The position numbers and the translations under genes were made by a program. Under the pieces are notes generated by a model, which was not told the DNA's origin, did no database searches, and saw only the letters and a list, made by a program, of their open reading frames with translations. Source: Chloroflexota bacterium (GTDB lineage: Bacteria; Chloroflexota; Dehalococcoidia; UBA2979). Taken from it: 17,882 bases of DNA. The stretch spans positions 1 to 17,882 of the forward strand of contig JAQCIU010000050.1 in the NCBI GenBank assembly GCA_027593235.1. The letters run 5' to 3'. Positions 1 through 9,600 of this stretch are shown here, in pieces; positions within the stretch are counted from its first letter, which is position 1, and each line of letters opens with the position of its first letter.

Positions 1-1
1 C

Positions 2-58
2 CACCTCGGCTCGGACCGCCGGTTACCCCGCGGCGAGAGGGTGCCCGCCCTCGATTGA
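2..58 (+). CDS. Possible 3' end of an upstream gene (partial, HLGSDRRLPRGERVPALD*)
   Basis: Open frame from the window edge to TGA at 56-58, with mostly G/C-ending codons. Too short to assign a family. Confidence 0.2.
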   Translation, partial: HLGSDRRLPRGERVPALD

Positions 59-275
59 CACCAGTCACCTAGGACTTCTTTCGAGACCCCGTGCTGGCTG
101 CACGACGGCAGCGAACGGGAGCCTTGTACTGGCCGTCGGTGTCGCCGAGGCCAACGCAGAATGAGGCGACCGTCTGCGTGCGACGGTCCCGCCGCTTTCT
201 AGCGACTCGGTCCACCAGGAGGCGGAGCCGCCATTTCGTCTCAGTTACCGTGCACGAACCAGTTCCCTCTGGGGC

Positions 276-303
276 GCGAAGGCCGGGTCAACCTGGCCTT
301 CGC
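276..303. repeat. Strong inverted repeat / stem-loop
   Basis: GCGAAGGCCGGG-TCAA-CCTGGCCTTCGC forms a 12-bp stem with one G-U pair and extends imperfectly to about 264-312. There is no U-tract on either strand, so it is not a classical intrinsic terminator. Confidence 0.6.
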
Positions 304-614
304 TCTCGGGGACGGTAGAGCCGGTGGACCGTTCGACGCTTGCATGAGCCGAGCGTCGGCCAATGGCGGGTGTAGCGAGATCGATTCATGCAGCTGCTGT
401 GACCGTCTTCCCATGTGACGTCGGGTCGCCCGATAGCAAGGTGAACCTAGTGCCAGAACCGGTCGCGTTCCGCTATCGGCTTGATCCGGCGACGAGAGGA
501 TCGTCGACGAGATCGCCATCAGCGTGTGATCGTGCGAAGCCGGATGCCGCCTTGCTCGCACACCCTTCTCGTTCTGGGTTGATAGCCGCACGGCCGGTCC
601 ATTGGCATTGTGCG

Positions 615-625
615 TGGTCCAACCA
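615..625. promoter_or_regulatory. Candidate GntR/FadR-subfamily operator TGGT-N3-ACCA
   Basis: Palindrome TGGTccaACCA about 115 bp upstream of the CoA-transferase start. It matches the FadR-subfamily consensus, but it is short and no cognate regulator lies in the window. Confidence 0.3.
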
Positions 626-739
626 TGGTCGGGGCTTCGGGCTCAAGTCTGCATTTAGACTGACCGCGGCGGCTTCCGCTAGCGTTAATGCCTCACGGGT
701 GACGGGCTGCTTCGGGCAATCGATGTTGAGAGGCATACG

Positions 740-3157
740 ATGACCGGCCCGTTCGAGGGGATTCGCGTCGTCGACCTCTCCGATCGCCTGTCCGGGGCGT
801 TCGCTGCACGGCTGTTCGGCGACTTCGGTGCGGACGTGGTGCTCGCCGAATCGCCCGCCGGCCACCCGCTCCGGCATGAACCGCCCTTCCTCGATGACCA
901 GCCCGGCGTCGAGCGCTCGGTCCTGCACGCGTACGTGAACTGGAACAAGCGGTCGGTCGTTTTCGAGGATGCCGCTCAGCTTCGCGCGCTCGTTGCCGAC
1001 GCCGACGTCGTTGTGACGACTGCCTCGCCGGTCGGCGAGAGGCTTTCCGAGGTCCTCTCGGGCCTCGGCGCGGACGCGGTGCACCTGTCCGTGACGCCGC
1101 ACGGGCTGGACGGACCGCTTGCCGAGATGCCGGGCAACAACCTCACCGCGAGCGCGCGGACCGGCTGGGCGTACATCAACGGCTACCTCGATGATCGGCC
1201 GCTGCAGATGCCGCGCCAGCAGAGCGGGTACGTCGGTGGCGTCGCCGGGTTCGTCGCAGCCGCCGCCGCGTTGCTCAGACGAGAGGCGACCGAGGAGTGC
1301 GAGCAGGTCGACGTCAGCGAGGCTGAGGCCTTCGCGCTGACCGTGCACCCGTGGAGTATCGCCGCGATCTACGAGGACATCGGCTGGAGTCGTGGCCCGG
1401 CCGGCGGGAAGACCCGAGGCGAACCGGGGCCGCTCTGGAAGACCGCGGACGGGCAGATCAACTTCGGCCTGGGGGACTGGCACAACTGGCCGCAGGCGAT
1501 GCGGCTGCTCAACCTGCCCGAGTTCGCCGACCGCGAGGACCTGCAGTCCGACGTCGGGCGGCATTCGAAGGACCTGACGGCGGTGGTGGCCGGCGCGGCC
1601 CGCGAGCTGGCGTCGATGGAGCGCTGGCCGCTGTTCCACGCGCTGGCCGCGATTCGCTGCCAGTCCGGCGTGGTGCAGGACATCGAGGACATCGTGCGGG
1701 ACCCGCAGCTTGCCGCGCGCGACTTCCTCGTCGAGACGCAGATCGAGGGCCGCGCGATCCGTGCCGCCGGAGCGCCGGCGAAGGTGGCGCCGTCGCCGTG
1801 GCGGCTCGACCGGCCGGCGCCGAGGCTCGGGGACAGCGAGGGTTCGCAGGAACGGACACCGCGCACACCCTCGACGCGAGGCGAACTGCAGCCGCCGTCC
1901 TCCGAGGGTCCGCTCGCCGGGATTCGCGTGCTCAGCTTCGGGCAGGCGTGGTCCGGGACGTTTGGCACGGAGCTGCTCTCACTCCTCGGCGCGGACGTGG
2001 TGCAGATCGAGACGCTCTACCGCCATGACGTCTGGCGGCGGGTGCGCGGCAACGTGCCGGCCGGCCTCGTCGATCCGACCCGCAGGCAGCACCCGCTGAA
2101 CACGCAGGGCCTCTATAACTCGGTGAACCTGAACAAGCGGGCGATCACCCTCGACCTCGCGCAGGAGCGCGGGCGCGAGATGTTCTGGCAGATGCTGCCG
2201 AACTTCGACGTGCTCGCCGACAACTTCCGCCCGACGGTGCTGCCGAACTGGGGCATGACGCTGGAGACGCTCAACGAGGCGCGCCCCGGCATCGTCTACG
2301 CCTCGATCTCTGCCTACGGCTCCGATGGGCCGCTGCGCGAGTACCCCGGCAACGGCGCGACCACGGAACCGATGTCGGGGCTTTCCTCGCTGCACGGCTA
2401 CGAGGGCGATCCGGGGATGAACACCGGCGGCCTCTACCCGGATCCGGTGGCCGGGTACTTCTTCGCCGGCTCGGTGCTGGCCGCGCTGCACCAGCGCGAC
2501 CAGACGGGCGAACCGCAGCGCGTCGATCTCTCGATGATGGAGGCGGTCGCGGTCGTCTGTGGCGACGCGATCGCGGAGTACGACGCGACCGGCCGCGTCC
2601 CGCGCCCGATCGGCAACCGCCACCCGCGGATCGCGCCGCACAACATCTACGAGGCGCGCGACGGCGAGTGGCTCGCCCTCGCTGCCGAGTCCGAGGATGC
2701 ATGGTTCGCACTCGCGCAGCACCTCGGGCGTCCCGAGCTGATCGAGGACGCGCGGTTCTCGACGATGGCGGCGCGCAAGGCGAACGAGGCCGCCCTCGAT
2801 GAGCTGCTCGGCGCGTGGGTTGCCACGCAGGACGCCGTCGAAGCGGAGCGCGAACTTGGCGGTATCGGGGTGGCGGCGGCGCGGGTCGTGCCGTTCTACG
2901 AGCTGTACAGCCGGCCCGATCCGAACATGGCGGCGCGGGGCTTCATCCGCCCGATCGACCATCCCGAGGCGGGCACCACGCTGTTGCCGGGCCGGCCATG
3001 GCGCTTCTCCGCCGTCGAAGCCGCTCCGCTCCGGCCGTCGCCCTGCGTCGGCCAGCACAGTCGCGAGGTGCTGCGCGAGGAGCTTGGCATTGGCGACGAA
3101 GAGTACGAGGCGCTGGTCGCCGCCCGCATCACGGGAACGCTCGACGACCTTGAATAG
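740..3157 (+). CDS. Fused two-domain class III CoA-transferase (CaiB/BaiF family), 805 aa
   Basis: Two tandem family III N-terminal motifs (GPFEGIRVVDLS...FGADVV and GPLAGIRVLSFG...LGADVV) and two NxNKR motifs (NWNKRS, NLNKRA). Also ADNFRP, YASISAYG, the catalytic Asp in GLYPDPVAG (Asp568, codon 2441-2443) and C-terminal SPCVGQHSREVL. RBS GAGAGG at 728-733. Confidence 0.95.
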   Translation: MTGPFEGIRVVDLSDRLSGAFAARLFGDFGADVVLAESPAGHPLRHEPPFLDDQPGVERSVLHAYVNWNKRSVVFEDAAQLRALVADADVVVTTASPVGERLSEVLSGLGADAVHLSVTPHGLDGPLAEMPGNNLTASARTGWAYINGYLDDRPLQMPRQQSGYVGGVAGFVAAAAALLRREATEECEQVDVSEAEAFALTVHPWSIAAIYEDIGWSRGPAGGKTRGEPGPLWKTADGQINFGLGDWHNWPQAMRLLNLPEFADREDLQSDVGRHSKDLTAVVAGAARELASMERWPLFHALAAIRCQSGVVQDIEDIVRDPQLAARDFLVETQIEGRAIRAAGAPAKVAPSPWRLDRPAPRLGDSEGSQERTPRTPSTRGELQPPSSEGPLAGIRVLSFGQAWSGTFGTELLSLLGADVVQIETLYRHDVWRRVRGNVPAGLVDPTRRQHPLNTQGLYNSVNLNKRAITLDLAQERGREMFWQMLPNFDVLADNFRPTVLPNWGMTLETLNEARPGIVYASISAYGSDGPLREYPGNGATTEPMSGLSSLHGYEGDPGMNTGGLYPDPVAGYFFAGSVLAALHQRDQTGEPQRVDLSMMEAVAVVCGDAIAEYDATGRVPRPIGNRHPRIAPHNIYEARDGEWLALAAESEDAWFALAQHLGRPELIEDARFSTMAARKANEAALDELLGAWVATQDAVEAERELGGIGVAAARVVPFYELYSRPDPNMAARGFIRPIDHPEAGTTLLPGRPWRFSAVEAAPLRPSPCVGQHSREVLREELGIGDEEYEALVAARITGTLDDLE

Positions 3158-3205
3158 TCCGAACGATCTGCAATGGCCGCCTTCGAACGCGGTCCAGGAG
3201 TTGTC

Positions 3206-6200
3206 ATGACCTTCACGAGCGTGCTCGTCGCCAACCGCGGCGAGATCGCGATTCGGATCACCCGCGCGGCGGCCGACCTCGGGATCCGCACCGTCGCCGT
3301 CTACTCCGACGACGACGCCGAGTCGCTCCACACGCGGATCGCTGACGAGGCGCGACGGCTCGAGGGGCGCGGGGCGATGGCCTACCTCAACATCGACAGC
3401 GTGATCGCCGCCGCGCGGGATGCCGGCTGCGATGCGATCCACCCGGGCTACGGCTTCCTGGCCGAGAACGCCGACTTCGCCCGGCGCTGCGCCGAGGCCG
3501 GCATCACCTTCGTCGGCCCGAACGTGGAGCACCTCGAGCTGTTCGGCGACAAGGGGCGTGCGCGCACCGCCGCGGCGGCGGCAGACGTCCCGACGCTGCG
3601 CGGCCTCGACCATGCTGTGTCGCTCGAGGAGGCGCGCGCCTTCCTCGACTCCCTCGGCGCGGGCGGCGCGATGATGATCAAGGCAGTCGCCGGAGGTGGC
3701 GGACGCGGCACCCGCGCCGTCACCGACCCCGCCGAACTCGAGGCGACCTACGAGCGCTGCCAGTCGGAGGCGAGGGCGTCTTTCGGCAACGGCGACGTCT
3801 ACGTCGAGGAGTTCATCCCGCGCGCTCGTCACATCGAGGTGCAGATCCTCGGCGACCTGCATGGCGGACTCGCGCACCTCGGCGAGCGGGAGTGCAGCGT
3901 CCAACGGCGCTTCCAGAAGATCGTCGAGATCGCCCCGGCGCCGAGCCTGCCCGACACGCTCCGCGAACAGATTATCGAGGCCGCTCTCCGCCTCGCGAGG
4001 AGCGTGAACTACGCCAACCTCGGCACCTTCGAGTTCCTCGTCGACGTCTCGGACCGCGAGGGCAGCCAGCCGTTCGCGTTCATCGAGGCCAACGCGCGGC
4101 TGCAGGTGGAGCACACGGTCACCGAGGCGGTGACCGGCGTCGACATCGTGCAGTCGCAGATCCGCCTCGCGGACGGCGTCTCGATCGCCGAGTTGGGCCT
4201 CGATGACCCGCGTATCGCCGAGCCGCGCGGCTACGCGATCCAGGCGCGCGTGAACATGGAGACGCTGGGCGCCGACGGCTCGTTCCGCCCCGGCGGCGGG
4301 ACGCTGACGGCCTACGAGGCGCCCTCGGGGCCCGGGGTGCGCACCGACGGCTTCGGGTACGTGGGGTACCAGACCAGCCCGATGTTCGACTCGCTGCTCG
4401 CGAAGGTGATCGGCCATTCGCCGTCCTCGAACCTCGCCGACGCGATCGCCCGCACGTCACGCGCGCTGAGCGAGTTCCGGATCGACGGTGTCGCCACCAA
4501 CATCGCCTTCCTCCAGAACGTGCTCGCGCACGGGGACCTCGCGGACGGTCGCGTGCATACGCGATGGGTGGACGAGCAGATCGCGGAATTGGCGGCGGTC
4601 GGCGAGCAGCGCCACCGGTTCGTGGAGCCGGCAGTAGCGACCTCGGAAGCCGCGCCGGCGAAGACAAGCGGCTTCGCCGGCGCACAGGTCGACAAGCGCG
4701 ACCCGCTCGCGCTGTTCGCGCACGACGCCGCCGTGAAGGCGGAGCGGAACGACGCCGCGGCCTCGCACGTCGCGCCCGACCTCGTTGGCCCCGGCGGGTC
4801 GGTGGGCCTCGCCGCGCCGATCCAGGGGACGATCGTCGCGATCAACGTCGCCGAGGGCGACGAGGTCCGCGAGGGCCAGCAGGTCGCGGTCGTCGAGGCG
4901 ATGAAGATGGAGCACGTGATCGCCGCCGACCGCGACGGCGTCGTGCGCGAGATCTCGATGACGGTGGGCGACGTCGTTCGCGAGGGCTACCCGATCGTCT
5001 TCATCGAGGAGGCGGAGGTCACCGTCGAACGCGCTGCCTCGGAAGCCGCGGTGGACCTCGATCACATCCGGGGCGACCTGGCGGAACTCAACGAGCGGCG
5101 ATCGTTCGTCTACGACGAGAACCGGCCGGACGCGGTCGCGCGACGCCGCAAGACCGGCCAGCGCACCGCGCGCGAGAACATCGCCGACCTCGTGGACGAC
5201 GGGACGTTCAAGGAGTTCGGCAGCCTCGTCGTCGCGGCGCAGCGTTCGAGGCGCACGCGCGAGTGGCTCCGCGAGCGCACGCCGGCGGACGGACTGATCG
5301 CGGGCATCGGCAGCGTGAACGGCGACCTCTTCGACGACGAACGCTCGCGCGCGATCGCCGTCCACTACGACTACACCGTGTTCGCGGGCACGCAGGGCAA
5401 CCGCAACCACTACAAGCAGGACCGGATGTACGAGCTGGCCGACCGCTACGGCCTGCCCGTGGTGCTCTTCTCCGAGGGCGGCGGCGGCCGTCCCGGCGAT
5501 ACCGGCACGGAGGGTGGTGTGGGCATGGACACCTACACCTTCACCCAGTTCTCGAAGCTCAGCGGTCGCGTGCCGCTGGTCGGCGTGAACTCCGGCCGCT
5601 GCTTCGCCGGCAACACCGCGCTGCTCGCCTGCTGCGACGTCATTATCGCCACCGAGAACTCGACGATCGCGATGGGCGGCCCGGCGATGATCGAGGGCGG
5701 CGGCCTCGGCGTGTACACGCCCGAGGAGGTCGGCCCGATGTCGTTCCAGGTGCCGAACGGCGTGGTCGACATCCTCGTGAAGGACGAGGAGGCCGCCGTC
5801 GCCACGGCGAAGCAGTACCTCTCCTACTTCCAGGGACCGATCGACGAGTGGGAGGCGCCCGACCAGCGGAAGATGCGCCACATCGTCCCCGAGAACCGGG
5901 TCCGCATGTACGACATGCGCGACGTGATCCACACGCTTGCCGACAAGGACTCCGTCCTCGAGATTCGCAGGGACTTCGGCATCGGCATCATCACCGCCCT
6001 CGTGCGGATCGAGGGCAAGCCGATGGGCCTCATCGCGAACAACCCGCACCACATCGCGGGCGCGATCGACAGCGACGGCGCCGACAAGGGCGCGCGCTTC
6101 CTCCAACTCTGCGATGCCTTCGACCTGCCGGTGATCAGCCTGATGGACTGCCCCGGGATGATGGTCGGGCCGGATGTTGAGGCGACCGCCCTCGTGCGCC

Positions 6201-6622
6201 ACTGCGCGCGGATGTTCAACACCGGCGCCAACCTGTCGGTCCCGATGTTCGGCGTGATCGTCCGGAAGGCCTACGGCCTGGGCGTGCAGGCGATGTGCGG
6301 CGCCAGCTCGCTGGTCCCGTTCTTCACCGTCGCCTGGCCCACGGCGGAGTTCGCCGGGATGAACATCGAGGGCTCCGTGAAGCTCGGCTACCGCGACGAC
6401 CTCGCCGCGATCGAGGACCCCGAGGAGCGCCTCAAGACCTACGAGTCGATGGTCGCCGAACGCTACGAGGCCGCGAAGGCGATCAACTCGGCGGTCTACT
6501 TCGGCATCGATGAGGTGATCGACCCTGCGGACTCACGCTCCTGGATCGTGCGCGGGCTCAAGAGCCTGCCGCCGACGCCGGTGCGGACCTCGAAGAAGCG
6601 GTCGTATATCGACACCTGGTAG
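3206..6622 (+). CDS. Single-chain biotin-dependent acyl-CoA carboxylase (BC-BCCP-CT fusion, long-chain acyl-CoA carboxylase/LCC type), paralog 1
   Basis: BC motifs VANRGEIA, IHPGYGFLAEN, IKAVAGGGGRG, RECSVQRRFQK and EANARLQVEH. Biotinylation motif EAMKM (Lys codon 4904-4906). CT motifs GTQG, EGGGGRPGD, GRCFAGN, MGGPAMIEGG, DCPGMMVGP and RKAYG. Start moved from 3173 to ATG 3206 because AGGAG lies at 3196-3200. Confidence 0.95.
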   Translation: MTFTSVLVANRGEIAIRITRAAADLGIRTVAVYSDDDAESLHTRIADEARRLEGRGAMAYLNIDSVIAAARDAGCDAIHPGYGFLAENADFARRCAEAGITFVGPNVEHLELFGDKGRARTAAAAADVPTLRGLDHAVSLEEARAFLDSLGAGGAMMIKAVAGGGGRGTRAVTDPAELEATYERCQSEARASFGNGDVYVEEFIPRARHIEVQILGDLHGGLAHLGERECSVQRRFQKIVEIAPAPSLPDTLREQIIEAALRLARSVNYANLGTFEFLVDVSDREGSQPFAFIEANARLQVEHTVTEAVTGVDIVQSQIRLADGVSIAELGLDDPRIAEPRGYAIQARVNMETLGADGSFRPGGGTLTAYEAPSGPGVRTDGFGYVGYQTSPMFDSLLAKVIGHSPSSNLADAIARTSRALSEFRIDGVATNIAFLQNVLAHGDLADGRVHTRWVDEQIAELAAVGEQRHRFVEPAVATSEAAPAKTSGFAGAQVDKRDPLALFAHDAAVKAERNDAAASHVAPDLVGPGGSVGLAAPIQGTIVAINVAEGDEVREGQQVAVVEAMKMEHVIAADRDGVVREISMTVGDVVREGYPIVFIEEAEVTVERAASEAAVDLDHIRGDLAELNERRSFVYDENRPDAVARRRKTGQRTARENIADLVDDGTFKEFGSLVVAAQRSRRTREWLRERTPADGLIAGIGSVNGDLFDDERSRAIAVHYDYTVFAGTQGNRNHYKQDRMYELADRYGLPVVLFSEGGGGRPGDTGTEGGVGMDTYTFTQFSKLSGRVPLVGVNSGRCFAGNTALLACCDVIIATENSTIAMGGPAMIEGGGLGVYTPEEVGPMSFQVPNGVVDILVKDEEAAVATAKQYLSYFQGPIDEWEAPDQRKMRHIVPENRVRMYDMRDVIHTLADKDSVLEIRRDFGIGIITALVRIEGKPMGLIANNPHHIAGAIDSDGADKGARFLQLCDAFDLPVISLMDCPGMMVGPDVEATALVRHCARMFNTGANLSVPMFGVIVRKAYGLGVQAMCGASSLVPFFTVAWPTAEFAGMNIEGSVKLGYRDDLAAIEDPEERLKTYESMVAERYEAAKAINSAVYFGIDEVIDPADSRSWIVRGLKSLPPTPVRTSKKRSYIDTW

Positions 6623-6679
6623 AGCGCCTCGGCCGAGTGTGCCATCGGGATCGGGGTACGCCGCGATGGGTTATCTGAC

Positions 6680-9600
6680 CTACCAAGTGTCGATGTAGGG
6701 GCGCTTCTTGCCCTCGCGCGGCGCGGGTGGACGCATGGCGCGCAGTATGTTGGCTACCCAGGTGCGCGACTCCGCCGGGTCTATGACCTGATCGATGCCG
6801 AAGCTCGTTGCGACGTTGAGGGCACCTCCACGTTCGTACGCCTCGGCGACGAGCCGCTCATACTCTTTGAGCCGCTCCTCGGGGTCCTCGATCGCGGCTA
6901 GCTCGTTCCTGAAGCCGAGCTTCACCTGACCCTCCAGCCCCATGCCTCCGAACTCTCCTGTTGGCCAGCTGACCAGGAACAATGGCTCCTTGTAGTAGCC
7001 TCCGCCCATCGCGATCGCCCCAATTCCGTAACCCTTGCGCAGCACGATGGTGAAAAACGGGACGGTCAGATTCGGGCCTGCGACGAGCATCCGATTAGCA
7101 TGGCGTACTAGCGCCCCCTTCTCCGCTTCCGGACCGACCATGATTCCGGGTGTGTCCGACAGGAAGAGGATCGGAATGTCGAAGGCGTCGCAAATCTGCA
7201 TAAACCGCGCCGCCTTGTCGCCCGCGTCCGCGTCGATCGCGCCTCCGATGTGCGCCGGGTTGTTGGCGACGATGCCGATCGGTCGCCCCTCGATTCGTGC
7301 GAAGGCGGTGACCATCGCGAGGCCGAACTGCGGCCGCAGCTCAAGGACCGAGTCGATGTCCGCGATGGTCTCGATGACCTTTCGGATGTCATAGATGCGG
7401 AGGCGGTGTTCGGGGACGATTCGGCGGAGCAGTCGCTGATCGTGCGTCTCCCAGGTCCTGCGACGCCCTTGGAAATAAGAGAGGTACCTCTTGGCGACTT
7501 CCACCGCTTCGACCTCGTCCTCAACCGCGATGTCGACGACGCCGTTGGGAACCTGGAATGACATTGGACCGACCTCTTCTGGCGTGAAGATGCCGAGGTT
7601 CCCACCCTCGATCATCGCCGGCCCACCCATTCCGATCGTGGAGTTGGCGGTCGCGATGATCACGTCACAGATGCCGAGGAGCGCGGTGTTGCCGGCGAAG
7701 CAGCGGCCACTTGTGATGCCAACCAGCGGAACCAGCCCGCTGAGGCGTGCAAGTGCGGAGAAGGATCCCTGTTCGTGAGGCCCGCCGGTGGGTTCGTCGG
7801 TGTCGCCGGGACGTCCGCCACCCCCTTCCGCGAAGAAGACTAATGGCATGCGTCCCCACCCGGCGACCTTCAGCATCCGGTCCGTCTTGCGGTGATTTCG
7901 TGACCCTTGAGTTCCGGCCAGCACGGTGTAGTCGTACGCGATGACTGCGACGCTCGAATGCGGCTCATCGAACAGATCTCCGTTGACGATTCCTACGCCG
8001 GTGACCATGCCGTCCGCCGATGTCTTCTCGATTAAGTCCTCGAGTGTGCGGCGTCGGCTCTGGGCAGCGAGCACGAGCTGGCCCCACTCCAGGAAGGGCT
8101 GGTCGTCATCGAGGAGTTGCGCAATATTCTCGCGGGTCGTCCGCTGACCGCGTGCGCGGCGCCGTTCCACAGCCCACTGCCGTGAGTGGTCGTACGTGGT
8201 GTCCAGGCGGTCGAGGATGCGTTGTAGATCGGGTCGGATTTCGTCGAGGTCGACCATCTCTTCGTCGGCGAGAGCCTCACCTCCCACCTCGGCCTCCTCG
8301 ATGAACAGGAGTGGGCGCCCCTCCACGACGATGTCGCCGGGCTCGACAGTGATCTCGCGCACGACGCCAGACCGATCAGCGGCGATCTCATGCTCCATTT
8401 TCATCGCTTCCATGATCAGGAGCGTCTGCCCTCGACGGACCACGTCACCGGGGCCGACGAGGACGCTGACCACCGTGCCTTGGATCGGCGACCGAAGCGC
8501 GACCGTGCCGTCCGGGCCCGCGGTTGCAGCGGTGTCCGACCCTCCTCCCGCGGAGCGCGAGGCATCGAGCTTGTCGCGCTCGGCCTGTCCGAATGTCAGG
8601 ACGGCGAGGGGGTCAGATCGGTCGATCTGCGCCCCCGCAAGCCCACTCGGCGGGGCCGCGGCTTCATCCGCGTGCGCCGTTTCGAGGTCGAAGAACCGCC
8701 GCGGGTGCACCTCGTCGGCACGGGCCAGTTCAGCGATGTGATCGTCCACGAACGTCGTGTAGGTGTTGCCGGACAGGAAGTCCGGGTGACGAAGCAGGTT
8801 CTGTAGGAACGGGATGTTGGTTGAGACTCCGTCGATGCGGAACTCACTGAGCGTGCGGTACGCGCGAGTGACCGCATCCTCGAAACTCGATGACGGCGAG
8901 TGCACGATCACCTTTGCCAGCAATGAGTCGAAGCTCGGACTGGTCCGATAACCGGCGTAGCCGAACGTGTCGACGCGAACGCCCGGTCCGTGGGGCGGAT
9001 CGAAAGCCGCGAGCACACCACCTGACGGACGCACCTGACCGTCCGACGTCATCGTTTCCATGTTCACCCGGGTCTGGATCGCGTATCCGCGGGGGGGAAG
9101 GACCGCGTCCTGTTCCAGGTGCAGCTCCGCGAGGGTCGCGCCGTCCGCGACGCGTAGCTGGGCCTGGACGAGGTCGATGCCCATGGCCTCTTCAGTCACG
9201 GTGTGCTCGACCTGCAATCGGGCGTTGGTTTCGATGAAGAAGAACTCTCCGTCGTCTCTAACCTGTGTCGCGTCGACGAGGAACTCGAACGTCCCGAGCG
9301 AGCGGTAGTTCAGGCCAGTGGCCATCCGCACGGCCGCCTGGATGATGCGCTGACGGAGACCCGCCGGGAGGTGCGGTGCCGGCGCGATCTCAACGATCTT
9401 CTGGTAGCGCCGCTGAATGCTGCACTCTCGCTCGCGGAAATGGGTGACAGCGCCGGTTCCATCGCCGAGGATCTGGACCTCGATGTGGCGTGCGCGAGGG
9501 ATGAGTCGCTCGACATAAAGTGCCCCGTTGCCAAACGAGAGGCGAGCTTCCGACTCGCAGCGTGCGTAAAGCTCGTCAAGCCTGGACGAGTCGGTCACGG

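Noticed and set aside
55-60. Perfect TTGACA -35 hexamer
   Set aside because: No -10 element at 16-19 nt spacing, and it is far from any start codon.
240-480. SRP RNA, cobalamin riboswitch or tRNA
   Set aside because: The diagnostic motifs (SRP GGAA loop with AGCAG, B12 box, T-loop/cloverleaf) are not present on either strand.
91-743. Short ORFs 91-318, 241-591 and 363-743 as real genes
   Set aside because: No recognisable domain, atypical codon usage and no convincing RBS.
3173-3205. ORF-track start for carboxylase 1
   Set aside because: The RBS lies inside this stretch (3196-3200), and similarity to paralog 2 begins only after ATG 3206.
1979-4417. 812-aa minus-strand ORF, plus other long overlapping ORFs (473-1639, 4457-6202, 4564-6180, 9203-10096, 11438-12610, 15687-16679)
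   Set aside because: These are antisense or off-frame shadows of high-GC3 genes. They are Arg/Ala/Gly/Pro-rich, have no family motifs and largely or entirely overlap well-supported CDSs.
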